64,000 bases of DNA, from contig OZ024742.1 of NCBI GenBank assembly GCA_964016885.1, forward strand, positions 310,372,001-310,436,000, in the 5' to 3' direction. The position numbers were made by a program, and so were the translations under genes. Position 1 is the first letter of the stretch. Each line of letters begins with the position of its first letter. The notes below the pieces were generated by a model. The model was not told where the DNA came from. It searched no databases and saw only the letters and a program-made list of their open reading frames with translations. Source of the stretch: Eledone cirrhosa. Lineage: Eukaryota. Shown here one piece after another: positions 53,119-64,000 of this stretch.

Positions 53119-54057
53119 ACATTCCTCTTAAACATGCTCTTCCTCTTCTCTTGAAATCTTCCACTCCATCTTCACCTTACCTCATCCCTCTTATGACGGA
53201 TTGTTCTTCCTCTTGGCATATGTTCTTCCTCATGGCATATTAGTTTTTGGTGTACATCATGAGACAAAGTTATCCGACACCCGACTAGCCGACACTTGAC
53301 ACTCGACTTGGCAACACATCACTAAGTTATACCCCCACTAGGTGACACTCCACTATATTTCAGATCTGTGTATAGCGAAGAGTCTCTCATATCATTCATG
53401 TCCACCCTAACCACGTTTGTCAGAATTGAATGTTTAATAAGTTCTGGATATTCTACAACTACGTTCCAAATGATGTATTTCGGCGTAAGCATGTCTCTGT
53501 GGGTACGAAGATTGTTACACAATTACCTGGTAGATGGTAGGGTGTGATTTGAATAAGATTTAGTAGCTATTGCTAGCAAGTCATCCGACCATTTAGAAGT
53601 CTCCCTGGTTAACTCAATATCGCTGTAAATTATTATTGGAGATAATATTATCCGTAAAAGTAAAGAAATGATAGATAAAGCTGAATACCTCTGATCATTA
53701 AATCAACTACATGATTAGGGCTGATATAGCACTAAACAAGTACAACAGCAGCAAAAATACATCAGCTCATGTTAATGTCAATCTTTTGAACCTCACCAGA
53801 ACCTCAATTGCCTAGAACTCCTCTTTCTGTGTTCTCTGTGTTCTCTTCTTCCTTTTATAAATATCTAATATTTAGACTGATAATAGTCCAAGTTGAGATT
53901 CAATATTTACTTCGATGAGATACAGAAATATCAGTAGAATCTCATTGATAACGATGAGATCGTAAAGCAGCTTGCCGCAACTGGTCAATACTCTCAACAT
54001 TAAACCAATTACAAACACGCATGGACACACACACGCACGCACACAAACACACACACA

Positions 54058-54163
<106 letters not shown>

Positions 54164-54270
54164 TAAAGTGATGCTTTACTAATTCGTTGTGGAACTAACT
54201 TTATACCGAACTCGTCCTATGGACTGAGCGGTCTACTTACTACGGATATATCCTCCTTGCGTTTTACCAC

Positions 54271-54550
<280 letters not shown>

Positions 54551-54554
54551 TATG

Positions 54555-54945
54555 ACATAAGAAACGAAGAATCAGTGGTGCGACGGAATACGATTTGTTA
54601 GACATATTACAATCGTTTCTCTGGCGACCAGCTCGAGGCACGGTCGATGCAATGATCAAACTTGACTCTGAAATCGCAAGACCCTCAAATATGTCTCGAT
54701 TCTACGAAGCAGAGTAGAATCGAGACATATCTGAGGATCTTGCGATTTCAGAGTCAGGTTTGATCATTGCATCGACTGTGCCTCGAGCTGGTCGCCAAAG
54801 AAACGATTGTAATATGTCTAACAAATCTTATTCGTCGCACCAATGATTTTTCGTTTCTTATGTGATATTATACTCCGCTCTGTAAGAGCATCGAGTGTTC
54901 AAACGGCATACCGCTTGCGGACGTTTAAGCATTCCACACCAATTA
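54555..54945 (+). mobile_element. Fold-back mini-element: ~310-bp imperfect palindrome (loop 54706-54713) plus ~80-nt tail, in (TA)n
   Basis: Arms 54555-54705 and 54714-54863. Confidence 0.82.
54723..54819 (+). ncRNA. Type I hammerhead ribozyme with long stem II
   Basis: AGACATAT-CTGAGGA-TCTTGCGA(46 nt)TCGCCAAA-GAA-ACGATTGT-A-ATATGTCT. Perfect 8-bp stem I; predicted cut after GUA at 54811. Confidence 0.78.
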
Positions 54946-55783
54946 TATATATATATATATGGATGTCCATTCCATTTATCATGACACAGTCATGCATGTG
55001 TCTATTTATAGATATTTATCAAATAAAGACCAGAGTCAGTCTAAATTAGTAGTGTTCTGTGTTGAAAAAAGTACACAAATATAGAGAAATTTGTATATTT
55101 TGTGAAGTCATGAATATTGACGTTTCTAACAAAGTCGAAGAGAAGAAATATTTTAATGTTTACTGTGACACCAAAAATATAGGTTTATATTCTCAGTGCT
55201 AACATAAACATTTTAAAAGATGTCTTCGCCCCAACCTTTTCAAATTTTCGAATCATACTTATTTTTATTACTTGTTAAATTACGCCATTTATCACTAAGT
55301 TTATTAGTCATAGGTAACAGATCAGCTGAAATGAATCTATATGAACTATTTTTTTTTTACCGTTTGGTGAAGAGAATGATCGACTCCTAGCTGAAGGATC
55401 AAGGTTTAGTGCACCAAGACTTAATCCTAGCTCAGCCCGGATCAACCATACTTATGAATGAAAGAAATCAGTTGGATAATGTAGACTTGAGTCTACTTTA
55501 TCAAAGGCGCCTATGCCTTTTAAAAGGACTAATGTGTGATTTGAAAGTTGTGGCTACTATTTCTATCAGCTCGAATGACAAGAAACAGGCACCAATCAAT
55601 GATGTGACGTCATTAAATTATTGGTATCGTAAACATGCTAAAAATCAAATCGATCTCAGTCATATTATTAAGCCAATTTATTAGCCTGAATTAAGAATAG
55701 CATCCAAATTTGCAATTACTTAAATTAAATACCACCTGTAACATAACACGAATAAGACCACCAAAAAGATAGATAGATAGATA

Positions 55784-58070
55784 TGTTTCTTTATTAGCCA
55801 CAGGGGCACAAAAGAAGGGGACAAATACAAAGGGGGAGGTTTACATACAATAAAAACGTGTAAAATATTATCACAAATGTAATTTAAAAATTAGTCTATT
55901 TTCCCCAAAAGGGGGAGACATTTCATATGGGGAACACATACCCCCGGAAAAAAAAATGTGCAACCCTCATCTCCAGGAGTACGAAGAGTTTGTACTCCTT
56001 TCCTCTCCTCCTCTTTTTCCCCAACCTACAGGCTGATATAGAGAGAAGGCCCATTCACTCGGGCCATTCTCGCCACTTTCACCCACCTTTGATAAACCTT
56101 GCTGAGGTACAGCACCTCTCTCTCTATCCTGATTCTTCTTCCAAAGTGGTATTTGAAAAAAAGAATCAGTTGTTGGCCGGAGAGAAAGGTGTCTGACCTC
56201 AGCCCTTTCAACCTTAGCCACCATACAACCACTTTCGCCATAGCTATCAAAGAAAGGAAAACCGCCTCTCCTTCGTTTTTGAAGAAGGGTGGCGGTTTGA
56301 TCATTTCAATGGACTCGGTGGTCAACCGTATTGATCCCACTCGCGACAATAGTCGTTCTACATAGCCCCACAGGTCGGTGACGCCCGGGCAGTGTATGAA
56401 TGCGTGCGCGACGGTTTCTTCGTCTCGCACTCACCTCGGACAGATCTTTTTTGCAGAGTCGCTGCCCGGGCGCCCATGTCTGTAGAGCTTGTCTCGAACT
56501 GGTAGAGCTCCTCGGTAGCATTGCCAGGCCAGGGACTTTTGGAAGTTGTCCATCGGTCCTGGGCGGAAGGTCCTACCGAACAGACTGGCCAGTTCGTCTT
56601 CCTCTACGCCCAGAGTTTCACCGAGCACGTCGTCGCACTTGCTGCGGATCAACCCTCTATAGAATGACGAAGTGGAGTCTCCACTGATCGCCGGGTCCGC
56701 CTGCCAGAGGGCTGTGAGCGCCTGAGCACATTCTATGTGCCAGTCGCCCATTTTCATCGGTCTTTGCTTGACCCAGGACTGCAGCTCGGTCAGCGAGACA
56801 AGTCGTGGGAAGGCTCGCCTCACGAACGGGGCCAACAGCGGTTGTTCGGTGAGGAATACGTAGAGATGCCGCAGACTGAGCGCGTGTTTGCGCATCGTCA
56901 GCCACGACATCCCCAGCCTCCCGTTGGAAGAGCGTTGGCACCAGATGGATCTTCTTACCTAAGGAGCCCACCTCTTCCAAAGGAATTGGAAGAGCGCGCG
57001 CTCCATTTTGGCGAGCGTTTTGGCTGGACAAGGCACGACGGTCAAGCGGTAGTAGATGGCGGACGCTATAAAAGTGTTCGCCACCTCCGCTCGACCTTTC
57101 AAGGATAGTTTGCACTCGGCCCACTTCTGGGTGAGTGCAAACACCTTGGCCGACACCTCGTTCCAGTTCTTCTCCACCTGGAGGTCCGGACCACCCAGAC
57201 CCCGAGTAGCTTTACTGGTCCTTCCGTCCAGCGTCCGACGACGCCATCGGAAGGCATCGGTTTGCCTCTCCACGATCCGAGTTGCAAACCGATGGACTTG
57301 TCCCGGTTCAGCCTCGCTCCTGTGAACCTTTCGTATTCCTTCAGTAAGGTGCCGACTTCCTGGATTTGCGAGGCGCTCGACACCATTACTGTCACGTCGT
57401 CGGCGTAGGCCGACGCCGCTTTCCGCAGTCCCGGTTCCAGAGGAATGCCCTGCAATAGCTCCAACTACCGCAGTAGTGGATCGAGAGTCAATACGTACAG
57501 AAGGGATGAGAGAGGGCATCCCTGTCGAATGGATCGAGTGATATGGAACGGCTCCGAGAGGAAGCCGTTCACCTTAACCCTTGAGCAGATGTTGCTGTTA
57601 CGCATTGCAGCAATCCAACCCCTGAACACGGGTCCGAAGCTTGCCGCCTCGAGCACAGCATCCAGGTAACGATGGTCAACCCTATCGAAAGCTTAAGACT
57701 GATCCAAGTTGATCCGGGCCCCACCGAAGTCGGGTTTACACCCTACCCTCTCTATGATGTATCGCATAAGGTGGAGGTCCTCGTGTATAGATCTGGACGG
57801 GATTGAGCATGTCTGCGCTTCTCCCACCAGGTTCTCGACGACAAGCGCCAGCCTCTTTGCCAACACCTTGGCCAAAATCTGTAACTCTGTGTTTAGCAGA
57901 GTTATGGGCCGGAAGTTGCCTATGTCATCCCCCTTATTCTCGTCCTTCCTGACTATTGTGACTACGCCCCCGATCACAGAACTGGGAATTCTCCCGTTCT
58001 GTTGCCAGTTACAGTAGACCGCTTCCAGGAGACCGGAGAATAAGTGCGGCATTGCTACGTAAAATTCGTA
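55784..58070 (-). mobile_element. 5'-truncated Tx1-clade element, copy F (relative of A/B), frameshifted
   Basis: RT-to-zinc-knuckle fragments homologous to copy A (HGRPG..KKICPR); (GATA)4 on both flanks (55768-55783 and 58071-58086). Confidence 0.92.
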
Positions 58071-58304
58071 GATAGATAGATAGATAGTTAGATGTCACAC
58101 GCACATATATATATGTGTATGTATGTGTGTGTGTTTGAGTAGTTAAACATGCATTGAGTACTTCACAGATCTGTGTCTTTTCGGTCAGCATAGCGCAGTT
58201 AAGATTATATATGATTCACTTAAAAGGTGTAAAACAAACGAAAGCAAAAAAAAAAACAGAATAGATATTCACCTATATATATACACACACACACACACAC
58301 ACTC

Positions 58305-58367
<63 letters not shown>

Positions 58368-58691
58368 TATACAGTCATAACGAACGCACTCGGTATATAC
58401 ATCTGTGACGCCCTTCCATAGTGGATACTAGAGTGAAACCCAAATATATATTAGCCTCTAGTTCTAGAGATAGGGTTTGTTTTTCTTGCAATGACTTCCA
58501 ACCTCTCGCCCCCTCTCTCTCACTCACTCTCTCTCTTTCTCTCTCTCTCTCTCGCTCTCTCTTACTTTCGCTATATTATTCTTTGTAAAAGGTCTGGATG
58601 AAAAATGAAGTGCAAAAAAAAAAAAATTTAGAAGGGAGAAATTTATAAAAACAATAGCAAAGATATTAAAACAGTCATTAAGGCAAACAAC

Positions 58692-58751
<60 letters not shown>

Positions 58752-58973
58752 TCTCTCTCTTTCTCTCTCTTTCTCCCTCTCTCGCTTTCTCTCTCTTCTC
58801 TCTCGCGTGTGCCTATGTGTGTGTGTGTGCATATATATATATATACACACACGCACACACACACATACACATGAATATGTACATGAGTGAGCGTGCGTGT
58901 GTGTGCGTGTGCGCATGGGTGCGTATATACATGCATACCAGTGAGTGCTTGCACGTGTGTGTAACTGTAAATG

Positions 58974-59054
<81 letters not shown>

Positions 59055-59338
59055 CTGAGTGTGTGGGTGTGTGGGTGTGGGTGTGCATATCCACAGGCTA
59101 GGCTATAGAGTTTTTAATTTTTATTTATATTTTATCTTATGTCATTTCGATTCAGGTGTAGTCATTGTATAGAATAAACTAGTTGACTCATCATCAGTGT
59201 TTTGTTGTTTCTACCAAACAACCTCCTTCTCATCCACCACCATCACTTTTCGTTATTCAACCCGGAAAAACGCAAGGACAATTTCGAGTCACATATGGCA
59301 TTTTCATGAAACAATACACTCTTCAGATTGCAATAGAT

Positions 59339-59646
59339 CAGAGATTCTCAAACTTTTGAGGCCACCGCTCCCCTCTCACAGCCACGTAATACCTTCAGCG
59401 CCCCCAGCCCTTCTTTCCAGAGATACCTACCTACACGCAAATTGTAAATAATATATAAATAAAATCTTTAATTCAAATATAATAAATAATATAATATATA
59501 CTATGTATAAATAAATATTATATATTTTTTATTTTACAATTATATCATCTCTAGCGCCCCACCCACCACCTCCTTTAGCCCACAGCGCCCCCTGGACCTT
59601 CTTAATTCTCCCCCGGGGGCGGTAGACCCTACTTTGTGAACCTCTG
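59339..59646. mobile_element. hAT-type MITE, older
   Basis: TIRs CAGAGATTCTCAAA / TTTGTGAACCTCTG; degenerate 8-bp TSD CAATAGAT / GAATAGAG. A similar single end lies at ~41818. Confidence 0.7.
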
Positions 59647-60512
59647 GAATAGAGTATCCTTACAAAGGCTAGACATTACAATAACGGTTGCTTTTCGTGC
59701 AAATGTTGCTCAGCAGAATCTATACAGATAAAAATGTATACTGTCCAAAGATGAATCATTGGAAAAACAAAGCATCCCAGTTTGCATCAATGTGTGAAAT
59801 CGAAATGAAGAGAAGGCACCAAAAACATCGGGAATTTCACAGAATTTTTCCTGAAAGGTCCATAATATTGAGTGATGGGGAGAGCGGGAGAGACGGAAGC
59901 AGTGACAGTGGGAGTTTGGCTCCTTTGTGTTCGGACCTGATGTATATGTATATGTTTCACGGACACATACTCACACATTATAAATATTGATGTTCATTTA
60001 TTATTTTTTGCTAAATCGGTCAATGAATGGATTAGTTAATTGAGTAATACTAACACAGAAGGGAAAATCAGCTAATGTGTGTGTTTTTATTGACAGTATG
60101 ACCATCCCAAGTAAAACTGTAAATATATATATAGTCGGGACAGGGAAGTAAATTGGTAAATTTGTATTTTATCTTGTTTACTTTTCCCACAGACAATTGT
60201 ATAGACAGACAGTCGATCGACTTTCGACAAATCGGGCCGAGGAATGTTTCCATTGGTCTTTCCAATTGCTAATACTATCTATCGGTCGCAACTCCAGGTA
60301 GAAGTAGAATCGAACTCACAATCTCCCGATTGCGAATCAAATTCTCTGACCACTCAGTCACACGCCTTCGATATATATATATATCCCCCTCTATCTCCCC
60401 CTCCATCGACCCCTCACGCACCACCACCCGTACATCCTTCTCATCTTTTTACAACATTTATTTTCCGCTAACTCGCCCCTCACTCCTTCTCGGAGTCCCT
60501 CCCCCGACTCTT

Positions 60513-60540
60513 CTGATGAAGGGCTTATGCCCGAAACGTC
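60513..60540 (+). ncRNA. Minimal PLE-type hammerhead core; stem I partner not evident
   Basis: CTGATGA-A-GGGC TTAT GCCC-GAAACGTC. Confidence 0.55.
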
Positions 60541-60691
60541 GCACCCACACCCCCACTCTCACTAAGCGTGAACCTAATGCCATTTGTAACTTGTACTCCT
60601 GCGTTGTCATTTGTTGTTTTTTGTATTCCAATATATATATATATATATATACGATATTAACAAATGGAAACTATATTTATAAAACCATATC

Positions 60692-60756
60692 TATTTTATT
60701 ATACATATTTCAAGGATACCATGTTAAATTATGGTATGCTTTCATCAGACAAAATA
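60692..60756 (-). ncRNA. Mirror copy of the same hammerhead (left arm)
   Basis: Reverse complement of 60907-60971. Confidence 0.78.
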
Positions 60757-60906
60757 CAATATATACCAGTTTTATAAATAAATATTGACATACCCTTTCA
60801 AAATGCAACCGTTACTTTTGGAAGACATCACGGATAGTCTTCCAAAAGTAACGGTTGCATTTTGAAAGGGTATCTCAATATTTATTTATAAAACTGGTAT
60901 ATATTG

Positions 60907-60971
60907 TATTTTGTCTGATGAAAGCATACCATAATTTAACATGGTATCCTTGAAATATGTATAATAAAATA
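60907..60971 (+). ncRNA. Type I hammerhead ribozyme (right arm)
   Basis: TATTTTGT-CTGATGA-AAGCATACCAT AATTTAAC ATGGTATCCTT-GAA-ATATGTAT-A-ATAAAATA; predicted cut after 60963. Confidence 0.8.
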
Positions 60972-61098
60972 GATATGGTTATATAAATATAGTTTCCATT
61001 TGTTAATATCGTATATTTACTCCAAATACTTGTCGAGTGCTTTATATCAGTTATAAAAATATTTGCTTGTTGTATCCCAACAATTTAAATAGAACTTT

Positions 61099-61168
<70 letters not shown>

Positions 61169-61307
61169 GGGGTGGGGGTGGGGGTGTACGTATACAGTTA
61201 ATAAACGAAAGAAACAAAACGCAGAACACAGGAGGACCTTTTTACACAGTTGTAGTGGGTTCACGCTTGATGGAAGTGGAGAACGTTTATATATATATGT
61301 ACACACA

Positions 61308-61345
<38 letters not shown>

Positions 61346-61400
61346 CATATATATATATATATAATATATAAGAACAAAAGATGGTTAAAAGACTTCCATG

Positions 61401-61471
61401 TATTTTATTATGCGCATTTCAAAAACAAATATCATCATGCAATAATATCTGTGTTTTCATCAGATAAAACA
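61401..61471 (-). ncRNA. Type I hammerhead ribozyme
   Basis: Minus strand: TGTTTTAT-CTGATGA-AAACACAGATATTAT TGCATG ATGATATTTGTTTTT-GAA-ATGCGCAT-A-ATAAAATA. 8-bp stem I, ~14-bp stem II, palindromic stem III. Confidence 0.82.
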
Positions 61472-61601
61472 GGAAGACATGATATGAAGGTTAAAAAACA
61501 CTTGTGGATAGTGTAGTTTTAAATCAACATATCAATATATATATATATATAAAATAAAGTTAAATAAAAAGTCAAATGTTTAAAATTTAGCTTCGTTTAT
61601 T

Positions 61602-61656
61602 ACTGCTATATATATTTCAGTGACAGCCATCTTTGGCTCTGACCTCTTCAGGCAGT
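61602..61656 (-). ncRNA. Type I hammerhead ribozyme
   Basis: Minus strand: ACTGC-CTGAAGA-GGTCAGAGCCA AAGA TGGCTGTCACT-GAA-ATATATAT-A-GCAGT. 5-bp stem I; 9 of 11 stem II positions pair. Confidence 0.8.
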
Positions 61657-61871
61657 TTGAATTAGTATGGTATAGACAAGTACATATGTTGTTGAGGTGT
61701 ATAATTTTGTCAATACTCTGATATGCCCAGTTCCTGGTTGGGTTGTTATTTCACTGTTATTTCACTGCATACTGAGGTGTTGGTATACAACCAACATATA
61801 CTCAAAATCTATATCTATATATATATATATACGCATAAGATATATATTCATTATTCATAGATATATTCAAA

Positions 61872-61962
61872 GGTTCACTTTACCTTTCATCCTTACGGGG
61901 TCGATAAAATAAAGTACCAGTAATGTACTGGGTAATTGCTGGCCTTGTGCCAAAAGTAGAAA
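61872..61962 (+). mobile_element. SINE 3' half
   Basis: CCTTTCATCCTTACGGGGTCGATAAAATAAAGTACC..GCTGGCCTTGTGCCAAAAGTAGAA. Confidence 0.75.
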
Positions 61963-62401
61963 TAATTATTCATAGATATATACATATATGTATATACATA
62001 TATATATTGTTCCTTAGAGAAACAAAATAATTGCTCAATATTTAGAGATTAAGCTGTCTAATGTACATTATTCATATGCTAGTTTTACAGAATTAATTTC
62101 GTTTCGATTCGCAAGCTAAGTAATCCAATATCTTGTTACTTTATCCCAGCCCACTGAACTACTTTCATCGTTGACCAGGGGATAGATATTGTGTGCTAAT
62201 GGGAGGTTCGTTTAAAAAAAAAATATCCTTCAAGGCCAATATGTACAATAAATAACATATTTTAACAACTGGTGTAGACTTGTGACATATATGTCAACAA
62301 CGCTAGATGTTATATGTATATGAAACATTATTTCACCATGTATGTATGTATGTAAATATTAATGTGAAGGCGTGTGGTCGAATAGTTAGGGTGTTCGGCT
62401 C

Positions 62402-62440
<39 letters not shown>

Positions 62441-62461
62441 ATATATATATATATATATATC

Positions 62462-62525
<64 letters not shown>

Positions 62526-62527
<2 letters not shown>

Positions 62528-62730
62528 ATAATAATAAATGTGAAGACTAAAATCCAAAGAGGGCTCGATAAGGATAAATATATATCAAATATATAAGAAC
62601 CCTGGAGCAAATATTTATTAAAATAACAGATTAAAGTTTAAGCAAAGAATCGCTGCTTTCACCCTTAATGTTAAGATCCCGTTAAGGGTGAAAGCAGCGA
62701 TTCTTTGCTTAAACTTTAATCTGTTATTTA
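62526..62730 (-). mobile_element. Fold-back mini-copy of the terminus of the PLE at 34246-36840
   Basis: 62545-62668 matches ~34253-34376; inverted arm 62682-62729; (TA)n flanks. Confidence 0.88.
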
Positions 62731-62744
62731 TATATATATATATA

Positions 62745-62990
62745 TATAGACATAGAATATTCGAAAATATTCTGTATGTTTATAATAAACATTTTGAAGA
62801 CCTAATCGCTATTTCAAACCAGTTCCAGTACACAGCTAAGTATTCTATAAGTCTCTAGCTGTGTCATTCTCGATAAAAGAAATCTATAGCGATTAGGTCT
62901 TCAAAATGTTTATTATAAACATACAGAATATTTTCGAATATTCTATGTCTATACTCACATATATATCGCTATTTCAGAGCATTTATTCCA

Positions 62991-62995
<5 letters not shown>
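62745..62995 (+). mobile_element. Fold-back mini-element of another family: ~65-bp arms, ~75-nt spacer, short tail
   Basis: 62746-62811 is the reverse complement of 62887-62952; (TA)n flanks. Confidence 0.75.
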
Positions 62996-63024
<29 letters not shown>

Positions 63025-63029
<5 letters not shown>

Positions 63030-63075
63030 TAGCCGTCGAAACGGCTTGAGCTCAGCTGTCGGGGTCTTACTGGTT

Positions 63076-63080
<5 letters not shown>
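63025..63080 (+). repeat. Single arm of the AGCCGTCGAAACGGCT family between (TA)n tracts
   Basis: Matches 26299-26354. Confidence 0.75.
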
Positions 63081-63141
<61 letters not shown>

Positions 63142-63339
63142 ATGTGTAGAAATATCTATGATCCCCAGCAGACAACTGATGAAGGACAATTTTCTCTCGT
63201 TGTGCTTTCCTCTTATTGATAAGTACACCTTGTCCAGTAACTATACAGCCCCTGTTTTTCTTCTTCTTCTTCTTCTTCTTCTTCTTCTTCTTCTTCTTCT
63301 TCTTCTTCTTCTTCTTCTTCTTCTTCTTCCTCTCTCTCT

Positions 63340-63494
<155 letters not shown>

Positions 63495-63495
63495 T

Positions 63496-63563
<68 letters not shown>

Positions 63564-64000
63564 TATATATATATAATATATATATATACATGTTATGCGC
63601 ACGTGTATATATGTATACGTGTGTGTCTGTGTATATTCAATTATGTTTGCTGCCTCACCATTTAGCTATCACACTGGACATGTTTTCTCTTCCTTCCTTT
63701 CTGTCTATCTACATCCCCTTACCACTCTCGCTCACTCTCTCTCTAATAAATATTTGCATCACCATAAACTTTCCTCTTACTACCCCTCACGTTATTTCAT
63801 TAACAACTTTATTTCTATCACGTTACACATTACCGTCCCACTTTTCAAACCTTTACAAACTCCCCACCCACGCCTTAACCATATACCATCATTGTCTACT
63901 AAGGTTTTTATTTTTTATTTTGGTTGCCAATGACACACCTACATCACCTTTATGTTACTAAAACCTCTACCCAATAATATATGATGTACCACCACCTGCT

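Larger units (their letters stand above)
60646..61100 (+). mobile_element. Fold-back mini-element: ~370-bp near-perfect palindrome (loop 60827-60836) plus ~85-nt tail, in (TA)n
   Basis: Arms 60646-60826 and 60837-61016. Confidence 0.85.

Overview
Eukaryotic (animal) repeat-dominated DNA with no recognisable host-gene exon. The SINE family and extreme microsatellite density suggest a coleoid cephalopod such as Octopus (inference). Contents: (i) seven copies or fragments of Tx1/L1-clade non-LTR retrotransposons, in two groups that sit in specific microsatellites, (TATC)n or (ATT)n; (ii) an R4/Dong-type LINE in (TAA)n, plus CRE-like, RTE-like and other RLE fragments; (iii) two Penelope-like element (PLE) remnants and many short fold-back elements in (TA)n; (iv) mariner and hAT elements and tRNA-type SINEs; (v) a 3.4-kb 47-bp satellite with higher-order structure. 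The strongest hidden signal is a set of type I hammerhead-ribozyme folds, read by eye. Five are complete, with different sequences except one mirror pair, and several more are degenerate. They have long stem II and palindromic stem III and lie in PLE ends and fold-back mini-elements. Also notable are a conserved 5' splice-donor motif over the ORF1 stop of three diverged Tx1 copies and a conserved 5'-UTR hairpin. All calls come from reading the sequence; no searches or folding programs were run.
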